From contig BROI01000010.1 of NCBI GenBank assembly GCA_027923505.1, positions 124,001-188,000 on the forward strand: DNA of 64,000 nt. Direction: 5' to 3'. Position 1 is the stretch's first letter, and each line of letters begins with the position of its first letter. Position numbers and translations under genes: made by a program. Positions 49,467 through 59,007 of this stretch are shown piece after piece. The notes under the pieces were generated by a model, which worked only from the letters and a program-made list of their open reading frames with translations, did not search any database and had not been told where the DNA came from. Source of the stretch: Mayamaea pseudoterrestris (lineage: Eukaryota).

Positions 49467-51242
49467 ATGCTATCTGCAGCACGAATGGCAATTTTATCAT
49501 GGCTTGTTACAATAATCTTCCTATCCTTCACTAGATGGTATCATGGTGAGACGAGCAGCCCTGTGACGACGCTTCCAAATCATGTTGCCGATGCTGAACA
49601 CCACTATCATGTCATTATCTATCGCGCCACTCCAGCCGGAATCGCCGCCGCCATTGCCGCCAAGCAAACCAGCTCGACTGCCAGAGTCTTGATACTGGAG
49701 CCGACGGCTCGCATTGGCGGCATGGCCACGGAAGGAGGGATTGGCTTGCGCGATGCCTTTACCAACGACTTTCGCTACGCAAACGAAAACAGCTCGCAGT
49801 ATCAGTGGGGAAGACTTAACGCCAAGCATTATGGAATTAAGTCTCTCGTTTGGCAGCGCGACAATTGGGTCGGAGAGCAGTCCTTTTGGATATTGTTGGA
49901 GCAAGCTGGTGTGGAGGTGAAACTGAATAGCAACTTTATCGAAGGCAGCGCTGGTGTCGTGCTGGAGCGCAACAGCGATGACAGCTACAGAATTCAAGCC
50001 TTGCTACTGCAAAACAATGCAATCACCATACTCTCCGCCGACTATTTCATTGACGCCTCCTACGAGGGCGAGCTCATGCAGGCGACTCGCGTCGTTGACT
50101 GGACGCATGGTCGCGAGAGTCGAGCGAAATACAATGAACCCTTTGCCGGCGTTGGCAATTTCAGCGCGGCGCAGTTTCCTGGAAACGTCAATCCCTTTTT
50201 GCCGAATGGCAGCTTGCTCAAGTATCTCACGTTTGGTGACAATCCCAATTTGCGACTCGGTCAAGCCGACGACAATCTCATGGCGTACTCGTATCGAGTG
50301 TGCTTGACCAAGGATCCACTAATGGCCGTTCCAGTGACGCCACCACTCAATTACAACCCCGACGATTTTGAACTGGCGCGTCGCCTCATTCGGCTGGAGC
50401 TTTCATTGAACCGCACGTTGAGTCAACCGTGGCTGTACATGGACTACACTGGATACGACGCACGCAACCAAACCTTTGTCAAGTACGATGCCTGCTGCGG
50501 CCAAGGTGCGTTTGGCATTGACGCCGTCGGACTCGCCAAAGGCTACGTGAATGCGACGCGCGCCGCGCGAGCCACCATGGCGCACCAACACTTGTATTAC
50601 ACGCAGGGGCTGCTTTGGTTCTGGCGGACGGATCCAGTGGTGCCGGCGCAAGTGAGAAGGCAACACCAGGAGTATGGATTGTGCGGCGACGAGTGGATTG
50701 ACCATGGTCACTATCCGCGACAAATGTATGTCAGAGAAGCGGCGCGACTAGTGGGAGATCAGGTATTTACGCAACGCGATCGGACTCCGATCTGTCGACC
50801 CGACTCGATTGCAGTGGGTGCGTGGGGGCTCGACCAGCATGACATGCAACGAGTCACGTACTTTGACGGAGAGCAATGGATTGTCATGAACGAAGGGCTC
50901 CGCGGAGATGCAATGCAGCAGGGAGGTGTCTTTCCGTTTGAAATACCGTGCTGGATTATTCTGCCAAAGCGAAAGCAAATGACGAACCTTGCTGTGGTCA
51001 ATTGCCCGTCGGCATCGCACGTTACATTCTCAGCCATTCGTTTGGAGCCGACGTTGTGGCTCTTGGGACAAGCTGCCGGAGCTGCTGCCATGCTTGCCTC
51101 GACTTTAGAGTTGGGATCGTTGCATAATGTCAATTTTGGCCTGCTGCAACGAACGTTGAAAAGGCAAGGATCGAGAATACATATTCGCAATATAAGTGTT
51201 TGCGAAAGGTCGTCAATGGATCACTTATCCACGGGTTATTGA
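49467..51242 (+). CDS. Secreted FAD-dependent oxidoreductase (PF12831-like)
   Basis: ATPAGIAAA, IGGM, FIDASYEGEL, YVREAARLVG and SASHVTFSAIRLEP..LGQAAG motifs; intronless; N-terminal hydrophobic segment. Confidence 0.85.
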   Translation: MLSAARMAILSWLVTIIFLSFTRWYHGETSSPVTTLPNHVADAEHHYHVIIYRATPAGIAAAIAAKQTSSTARVLILEPTARIGGMATEGGIGLRDAFTNDFRYANENSSQYQWGRLNAKHYGIKSLVWQRDNWVGEQSFWILLEQAGVEVKLNSNFIEGSAGVVLERNSDDSYRIQALLLQNNAITILSADYFIDASYEGELMQATRVVDWTHGRESRAKYNEPFAGVGNFSAAQFPGNVNPFLPNGSLLKYLTFGDNPNLRLGQADDNLMAYSYRVCLTKDPLMAVPVTPPLNYNPDDFELARRLIRLELSLNRTLSQPWLYMDYTGYDARNQTFVKYDACCGQGAFGIDAVGLAKGYVNATRAARATMAHQHLYYTQGLLWFWRTDPVVPAQVRRQHQEYGLCGDEWIDHGHYPRQMYVREAARLVGDQVFTQRDRTPICRPDSIAVGAWGLDQHDMQRVTYFDGEQWIVMNEGLRGDAMQQGGVFPFEIPCWIILPKRKQMTNLAVVNCPSASHVTFSAIRLEPTLWLLGQAAGAAAMLASTLELGSLHNVNFGLLQRTLKRQGSRIHIRNISVCERSSMDHLSTGY

Positions 51243-51399
51243 ATTATTGGTGATCCCCAATTGATCATTGCCAGAGATAAACCCTTTCATCGGGCTACTG
51301 ATGTCGGCCCTTTCTGGCATGTCTGTCTGCTGCTGGTTGTCTATAGGTGCCGCTGCCCGCGCGATGGCGATACCTTTTATCTTTCTTTTGGTCGATCAA

Positions 51400-51990
51400 G
51401 CTGCTTCTGGATTTTACGCAATCATTGGACGATGCCTCATGCAGCTATTTGTACAAGTACCAGATTTGAGCAATGGGGTGGATTTAATCGTTCCCACCTT
51501 TCACCGCATCAACAGCCGACGTTACTACGCGGGCATCAATGCTTTGAAGTGTTCCTGTTCCATGTGATCCATTTTCGTCTCATACTTACTGACAAGAATT
51601 TTGATCTTCTGGATACCAGCGCCCAAGCTACTAACATTGCCTCGATACATCTGATCGATAATCGTTGTTGCATCAATAAGAAACGTATTCGTTAAGTTGA
51701 ATAATGGCGTCATTCTCTTCAATCCACATCGTGCGGGCCTAAGATAGTCAACCACACTCTCGCCAGTCGCTTTAGAGTGAAAGGAGGACGCGCAACCCTT
51801 CATCACTCGTCCATTCTTTTTTCCAGAGGCTTACGAAAAGACCATAAAGAAGGAAGTGAGCAGACTCGAAGAACCTGGAGTGTTACGGTGAGTAACGGAA
51901 AGCGAATGGAGATCGCCAACTTAAATCATCCCGAAGAAGAACACCCAGTCCGCATCATTAACGATTTCGCAAGCTTAAATGAAGCCATAT
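51400..51990 (+). mobile_element. Decayed Ty3/gypsy pol fragment (protease end to start of RT)
   Basis: YAIIGRCLM, then KEDAQPF..RP..FPEAYEKTIKKEVSRLEE.GVL..ESEWRSPT*IIPKKN..RIINDF; interrupted by stops and frameshifts. Confidence 0.75.
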
Positions 51991-53018
51991 CCTATACCAA
52001 ACATACAAAACACCCTTCTGATGGGTCACTAGGTATGCTTGGTCCGCAGTCGGGGCCTACCTTCTGAGCGAGCAGACAGACGACCACTTCAAGGAAGCAC
52101 TCAAAAGAGGATGGATGCAACAACACGCGCTTATGCAGAAGTTGCACAAGCCGCATGAATGTCAATCGGGTACTTTGCAATGCGCTTACTCCAAATGTAT
52201 ACATGCACTTCGTATTTGACTGGTCCGCAGCTTACGTTCGGGAAGACGGAATTGAAGTATTATCTGCTTCGAGCGATGCCTCAAGTCTTTATCACGGCCT
52301 TTGGGGTTACATTCAAAGCAGAGATTGAAACATTAGAGTCACGTCGCAGTCAATTTGAGCAAGCAGAACGAAACGGAATCGGTCGAACGGTTGAACGTAA
52401 AATGGACGTACTCGTGAGCGAAACAACAACGCTAGAGCGCGAATTAATCGATCGGAGGCGCAGGATCGCGACAGTCAGCAGCGACGCAACAGCAACAACA
52501 ATATCGGAACACCAACCAGTGCAATAGAAACAACACGCGACCAACATGCCGAGTCATTAAGCGTCGTCGCGAAGAGAAGCGCGGCGGCAACGGCAACAAT
52601 CGAGCAATTGAGACGGTGACAGACGCGCGGGAAACAACTACACGCAAACACGGCGCAAGGATCAACTTGAAATCGTCAGAACGAGAAGATGCGACAGTGA
52701 TAGCGACGTGCTTGTCGAGCGCCTCGAGGAAGAAACGATGAGTGAAAAGCCTTTGTTTCGTTAGAAACCAAAAAACTCTTGACTTAAACTCTCGACTGTT
52801 ACAGGTGACGCTATAGTGAGTTGCAAATTGCAAGGCAAAATAAATGTGTGCTGGCGTCGTGGCGAGTTTGGTCAATTCTCACTCTTCTACATAGCAGGGG
52901 AGTGAAGTTGCCCACAGCTACTGCAACGACTCACAATAGCATTCAAGTGTGCATACGTTAATAATCATTCATTCGATAATCCATTTGGTATGTATAGATT
53001 GTTGAGCGCTCGTACGCA

Positions 53019-53983
53019 TCAAATAAAATCCTCTCGAATCGGTTTCGATGGGTCAGCAGCATTCGTCTCGGCGTAGTTTCCCTCTAATCGCTCTACTTCC
53101 CTCTGCAGGCTTTTTACTTGACGAGCATAGTCATCGCGTTGGGTTTTAAGCATCCGCGCCTTTTTCTTGTACCGATGGAGTTTCTTCAGAAGGTCTTCAC
53201 GAGGCACAAGGTAGTCTTGACTGACAACTTCGTCTAGCATGTGAGACGTGTTCGCATGTCGCTTTCGAGGCTGAGCGCCATTCTGCGAGACTGAAGCATT
53301 AGGATCAAATCGGTGGGTATTTGTGTCGAGTGTCGCAGGTGGGCCAGTAGTATCAACATTTGCACTGGCGTCGACCTCTGTGTTTTTAAGCTCGTGAAAA
53401 ATGTCGCCAATCTCATTCGCATTTAGTTCCGTCTCGTCGCAGCGATTCGCATTTTCCAAATGGCTCTCGGAATTGTTGCTAATACTCGCCAATACTGCAT
53501 CCTCGTTGCCCTTATGGTTGTCGTCATCCTCCGCCGTTGCAAAATTGTCTACCGGTACAATGACACACTCATGCTCGTTATCAGTATTAATCACTTCGAT
53601 ATCGATATGTCAATCCTTATAGATGAATTTTAAATTGTCGATGCGTAAAGATGAGTGGTGAGTCGTTGATTGGCAAAGAACGTCCTATACACGCATAACT
53701 TACGTGACACGTCAAGTGGTGACGGCAATGCTGTTGGAGTTACAGCAATTTCAATGGCGGCTGATCCACTCTCTACTTTCCAGTCGTACTTGTAAGGATT
53801 TTTCTTGTACTGATAATGATAGGTGTGAAGATAAGTACTGTACTTTTGGGCGTTGGCTGCACAAAAACCTTTGGATTCGAGGAACTGCGCAGCAGTCATT
53901 TTCTCTTCATCTCGAATGCATTCTGATAAGTTATGATAATGCCACTCGATTGCCAACGGCATCCAGTATTCAGCGCCTTTCAT
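53019..53983 (-). CDS. Hypothetical protein with MORC-like C-terminal coiled coil (intron 53594-53703)
   Basis: A gtaagt...aag intron joins ORFs 53630-53983 and 53019-53594 in frame; the tail resembles that of the neighbouring MORC. 5' end uncertain. Confidence 0.65.
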
Positions 53984-54624
53984 GTTTTGGTTGTATTCGG
54001 TTGCTGTTTCCGTGGCTCCCCTAGCGGATGATTGCTGTTACTTGTACAAGTTTTTCTGTGGAAGTCGTTCACGTCATTGTTCCTCGTGCAGCACGAAGAA
54101 AATGTCACACTGAGTTACGGTACGATACGACAGACAGATTTTGCTAACTTCCCCATCCTTCCACTTACTGTTAACCGCGGGTTCGTTTCTTGTAAGGCTT
54201 ATAGCTTGAACCTCATCTGTGTCTACAGCTTATGAACAAGCGGATCTTGCGGTCTGTGACACTGATCCCCTTTCTCTGGGGGCTGGGAAGGCTTGATGAG
54301 GCAAATGAATGATATAACGACCTTAAGCACTTCGTCATATAGAAGTTCTATTGTCGTAGTATACAAGCGTCATTGACGGACAAACGGACACTCCCTCAAG
54401 ACTATCATATTATGGCCGCCAAAAAGCAAAGCAAGAGCCTGCAAATTCTTCTGTGGCTCGCCAAAACGACACCAAGCGCGTTTCAAAAGACTATCATTCG
54501 CCGCATCCTCTCCGCGCCGCGCCGTCGCGGACCCCGCCCCGCGCACCAGTCGTCACAATCCCACGATACCCATCCAATCCATTCGTTGCAAGCCTCGCTG
54601 TCATACTTGTACTACATTAGCACC

Positions 54625-57072
54625 ATGGCATCCATGAACGACGCGAGCGATCCGTTACCTGACGCTCCCATGGAACAAGACGACGATGAAGACGCGAACC
54701 TGCAAACGCAGCGAACGAACGGTGGAGGAGACGATCCTGCGGCTGCCGTCCGTGATGCGAGCGTCCAGTCTCCATCCACGAAACCCGTCACGCAACCATT
54801 TTCGTCTCCACACATTAATAAAACGACGACCATTGACGGCTGCAATCTATGGAGCTCGTGGACGCGCAACTACTCGACGCCGCTGTTGGCCTTTTGGGAC
54901 TTGATGGATAACTCGTTTGACGCGAGTTGTTCGAGTCATGGGCGCATAATCATTGAGGCGGATTATTGTAGCGAAAATAGTGATCATGATGGTAATGGAA
55001 AAGCAATGCCTGCAACCAAAAACGTTTGCGGCATGGTGGTGACCAATTCCTGCAAGCATCCCATTGCCGACTTGAAGGATATTTTGAAGGCTTACAATTC
55101 GGAAAAGAAGCGAAGCAGCAATGGTGAAAATGGCGATGGCGATGATCATCACGCGACTAGCATTGGCGAGAACGGCGTTGGATTGAAGCAAGGATGCGCC
55201 ACGCTGTCGGATCTGTCTTTCGTCTTGACCAAGAGTCGCTCGGGCGACGTATTTTGCAAATTTTCGCTCGGAGTCATTAGCAAGGATTTGCAAAAGTCGT
55301 CGGGCGTGTACTTGCCGTCGTTTGATTTATTGGAGCTGAGTCACGCGCAACGGAACGACTTGCTCGAGCGAGGAAACAACATTGACAACTCGCTCCATTC
55401 TCTCGTCTTCGCCAAGCTCCAAACGTTGGTCGAAACGGATCCGGATGTCAATCACGTGCTGCAAGTCTACGGTCAAGGCAGCGTCAAGGCTGGCATACAC
55501 AGTTTGGCCAAGCACTATGAGCGCATGCTGCTCGATTGGCGGAACGACGCGCACGTGTTCACGCTGGTGCTGCATCACCTCAAGCATTCCTCGAGTTCGA
55601 GTAGTGCAAGTAGTCATTTGGAGCAAGTAACACATGACAATGACGACGACAATGCTCCGTCTCCAGACAATCTCAAGCGCATTGCCGTTGGCTTGCGCAC
55701 CAAGCCGGAGCGCATGGATCAGGCCAAGACGGTGGGCGAGTTTTTGGGAATGATTCGCGAGGACTTGCCCAAGCGCTATCTTCACATTCAGAATTCCTTT
55801 TCTGTTCTGGTGGGTAACGTCAATGCGAATGTCAATGACAACAAAATGCAAGTGGAATTTAACTACTGGCAGCGCCGCTTGGTGGAAATGACGCACTTTC
55901 AGGTAATTGTCAATACGCAGCAACCACTATCGAGTGAACAAATGGCGCAGCGCAGTGTTGTTGCAAGTGAGAACAATGGCTACGCTACTGCACTAGGCTC
56001 CAACGAGTACTTGCTCAACGTGTACCTTGGCTTTGACGCGGATCGCTGCGCGAGCGACACGGAGCACAAGACGGCGGCCATGCACTGTCACTCGCGCAAG
56101 GCGGGGCGATTGATTAAAACGTTTCGGGATGCGCGGAATGACTTGTTTCTGACGAGTGGTGGCACCCAGTACTGCCAAGGCTTGACGGTGATTGTGGATG
56201 ATGTCAATGGCATGCTGCCGCTCAATCCGACCAAGCAGGACTTTGCCTTTGGCGAGCGGGCTCATGGTGAAGTGCATCGTGATAACATGGTGGCCATGGT
56301 TGGTGCAGTCACCAAGGTTTACTGGACGTATCACTTTGAAGTGACGCATGCTAACAGAAAGGAATTGTTGTCCAAGCAAATCAAGTCACTGGCCAAGGAT
56401 GTCAAGCGCTGGAAGAAGAATGATAGTTTCATGCCGTCGATTAGTGAATGCAACTTTTCCACAATTTCAGGCTTGGCCTGGAAGCTGTTCAAGAAGAAGG
56501 AAGGTCCGACGGCACTTCAAGTCAAGAACAAGCAAGTTCTCAAGCTGGTTCCTGGCAAGGACACACTCATCAAGTTCCCTATAGGCATTGCCAAACCAGC
56601 AAAGCAACCAGCCAAGAAGAAGAAGGCTCCAGTTGAAGCCGAGTTTGAGGAAGACGATGATGAACCCGAGCCCGAGGAAGCTGTTTCGTCGCCCTTGGCG
56701 GCTCGAGGATCACAGAAACGCAAGTCGGCCCCAACGAACACTGCACAGGCGGCTCCAAAACGTGCTGCGCAAGCATCGACCACCACTCGTGAACGTGTCG
56801 ATGCTCCCATGTCGCCCGAGGCGGAAATTGGTGGCATTCATGGTGAAATGGTCCCTTACACGGACTATGCGTTCCAGTTTGAGCGCGTGCAAAAGTACAA
56901 GGACAAGGCGCGCAAGTACCACGACGAGCGCAACGAAAGCCGTAAACGTGTCACGGAACTTTCCGCCGAAGTGGCATCGCTAAAGCAGCAGTTGCGAACG
57001 CTGGAAGGAAATAGTAATGCCAATGTTGACGACGGAAATCATGATGGTCCAATTCGAGAGGACAATATTTAG
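54625..57072 (+). CDS. MORC-family GHKL ATPase
   Basis: AFWDLMDNSFDA (motif I), SIGENGVGLKQG (motif III), LPLNPTKQDF (MORC S5 signature), C-terminal coiled coil. Confidence 0.8.
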   Translation: MASMNDASDPLPDAPMEQDDDEDANLQTQRTNGGGDDPAAAVRDASVQSPSTKPVTQPFSSPHINKTTTIDGCNLWSSWTRNYSTPLLAFWDLMDNSFDASCSSHGRIIIEADYCSENSDHDGNGKAMPATKNVCGMVVTNSCKHPIADLKDILKAYNSEKKRSSNGENGDGDDHHATSIGENGVGLKQGCATLSDLSFVLTKSRSGDVFCKFSLGVISKDLQKSSGVYLPSFDLLELSHAQRNDLLERGNNIDNSLHSLVFAKLQTLVETDPDVNHVLQVYGQGSVKAGIHSLAKHYERMLLDWRNDAHVFTLVLHHLKHSSSSSSASSHLEQVTHDNDDDNAPSPDNLKRIAVGLRTKPERMDQAKTVGEFLGMIREDLPKRYLHIQNSFSVLVGNVNANVNDNKMQVEFNYWQRRLVEMTHFQVIVNTQQPLSSEQMAQRSVVASENNGYATALGSNEYLLNVYLGFDADRCASDTEHKTAAMHCHSRKAGRLIKTFRDARNDLFLTSGGTQYCQGLTVIVDDVNGMLPLNPTKQDFAFGERAHGEVHRDNMVAMVGAVTKVYWTYHFEVTHANRKELLSKQIKSLAKDVKRWKKNDSFMPSISECNFSTISGLAWKLFKKKEGPTALQVKNKQVLKLVPGKDTLIKFPIGIAKPAKQPAKKKKAPVEAEFEEDDDEPEPEEAVSSPLAARGSQKRKSAPTNTAQAAPKRAAQASTTTRERVDAPMSPEAEIGGIHGEMVPYTDYAFQFERVQKYKDKARKYHDERNESRKRVTELSAEVASLKQQLRTLEGNSNANVDDGNHDGPIREDNI

Positions 57073-57132
57073 TCAACGATAGGATCTTAATAATAGTATG
57101 AATACGTAACTGACGTGCTATACATTGTCTTC

Positions 57133-58647
57133 CTACGTGTTAGTGTGTTGAATGTACTGCTTCATGGCAGCCTCCACGCCATTGTCCGCAATGACCTTGA
57201 CCCATGTTGCAAAGTTTTCGCGGAAACCCTCATCATTTCCAACAGTCTTGCCATACACATTCTCCATGCGCAACCACGCATTTGGGTTTTTAGTGAATGT
57301 TTCCTCCGCCACCTTTTGCAAATTATCCCAGTCAGGGTCGTTGGACGGAATGGTTTCACCAGACTCCGTCTTGCCCTGGCAGTAGCGACACCAGAGCGCG
57401 CACACAAGCGCCAATCCATTCGTTCGTTCCACATTGCCCTCCTTGATGGCCTGCGCAACGCACGGAACAATAAACTTGCCTTGTCGATTCGATCCATCGA
57501 AGCAAATGCGATGAATCCGATCCTTGATTGCCGAGTTGGAGAATCGATGCTGAATCGTCTCCCAATACTCGATCAAGTCCGTGTCAGGCACGGGCGGAAC
57601 GCATGGCACAAGCTCGTGGCGCTCGAGCGCATTCAGAAACGGTCCAATGACTGGATGTTGGACCGCCTCGTGCACGTACTCGACGTTCAGCAAGGCCGCC
57701 GGATAGCAGAGTGACGCGTGTCCACCGTTCAGTAAGCGAATCTTCATGGTTTCGTACGGCGCCACGTCTTGCACAAACTGCACGCCCACTTGTTCGAGCG
57801 GCGGCCGTCCCTGCGAAAACTTGTCCTCCAGCACCCACTGCCGGTACGGCTCGCAAAAGACGGGGTAAACGTCCTCGTAACCAAACTGGTCCAAAACGTA
57901 TTGCCGCTCGTAGTCGGTTGTTGCGGGTGTGATGCGATCGACCATGCCGTTGGGAAACTGCACATGTTCGTCAATCCACTTGGCCAAGTCGGAATCGATC
58001 ATGCGCGCGAGTCCCACCACAACGTGGCGACAAACGTTGCCATTGTGCGGCACATTGTCGCACGACAGCACGGTAAAGGGCTTTTGATTAGAGTCGCGAC
58101 GCTTGCGCAAGGCTTGCACGATCAAACCGAAAATCGTGGTGGGTTCGTTAACGTGTTCCACGTCGTGAACAATCTGCGGATGCTCTTCGTTGAAATCTCC
58201 ATCCGCGTCTAAAAAGTAGCCGCCTTCCGTGACGGTCAGTGACACAATTTTGATATTTGAATCCAGTAGTTTCTCCTTGAGCATGATAAACTGCGGCGGA
58301 TCCACGGGCAAAAAGTCGATCATGCTGCCAACGATGCGCGCATTGACGCCGTCTTGGTCGTCGCGCTCCACCACGGTGCTCAACCAATTTTGCGGTGCGA
58401 GCATGTCGCGTTTGGTCTTGTCAAACGGCAAGACGCCGGCTCCCACCAAAGCCCAATCTGCAAAAAGTTTTGCGTCCATGTGAAACAAGTCGTCCATGTA
58501 CGTGGCCAAGTGGGCGCGGTGAAAATTGCCCACGCCAATGTGCAGCATGCCGGGTCGAATGTTGTTGGCGTTGTCCAATAAGTACTTTGGCACTTTAACA
58601 TTGGCGGCGGCAGCGGCAGTCAGCAAGTTGGATCTGGAAAGTTTCAT
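57133..58647 (-). CDS. Mannitol 2-dehydrogenase (long-chain mannitol dehydrogenase family)
   Basis: HIGVGNFHRAH, SLTVTEGGY, SCDN, FPNGMVDRITP, QWVLED and KIRLLNGGH motifs. Confidence 0.93.
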   Translation of the reverse strand: MKLSRSNLLTAAAAANVKVPKYLLDNANNIRPGMLHIGVGNFHRAHLATYMDDLFHMDAKLFADWALVGAGVLPFDKTKRDMLAPQNWLSTVVERDDQDGVNARIVGSMIDFLPVDPPQFIMLKEKLLDSNIKIVSLTVTEGGYFLDADGDFNEEHPQIVHDVEHVNEPTTIFGLIVQALRKRRDSNQKPFTVLSCDNVPHNGNVCRHVVVGLARMIDSDLAKWIDEHVQFPNGMVDRITPATTDYERQYVLDQFGYEDVYPVFCEPYRQWVLEDKFSQGRPPLEQVGVQFVQDVAPYETMKIRLLNGGHASLCYPAALLNVEYVHEAVQHPVIGPFLNALERHELVPCVPPVPDTDLIEYWETIQHRFSNSAIKDRIHRICFDGSNRQGKFIVPCVAQAIKEGNVERTNGLALVCALWCRYCQGKTESGETIPSNDPDWDNLQKVAEETFTKNPNAWLRMENVYGKTVGNDEGFRENFATWVKVIADNGVEAAMKQYIQHTNT

Positions 58648-59007
58648 TGTATTAATGATGATGATGAAATTTACTGGGAAAGGAAAATATGACGAGGATG
58701 AAGATGTACTTGTGGATCCAAAATCTTGTTCGCGCAGCTTGGATGGGACGAGTCTCGACGAAATTCTTCGAAAGTAAGTTGGTCGTCAGAGCGGTACTCA
58801 ACGGACTTGTTTGAAGAGCGCGGCAGCTATTGCGACCATGGCAACGCTCTCCCGTTCCAAATGTTCACAGTGAATGAAGAATGGCATGGCACTTGCATAG
58901 GCAAGTGGATTATTTCCTCTGGCTTACAAAGCAATACCAATATACTTCAAAATGATTGCTTACTAAGATTGGAAAATTATGAATCTCTAAACAAACATAT
59001 AAACATT

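Noticed and set aside
52000..52900. Possible LTR or coiled-coil gene after the gypsy relic
   Set aside because: No paired termini or recognisable domain; frames are interrupted.
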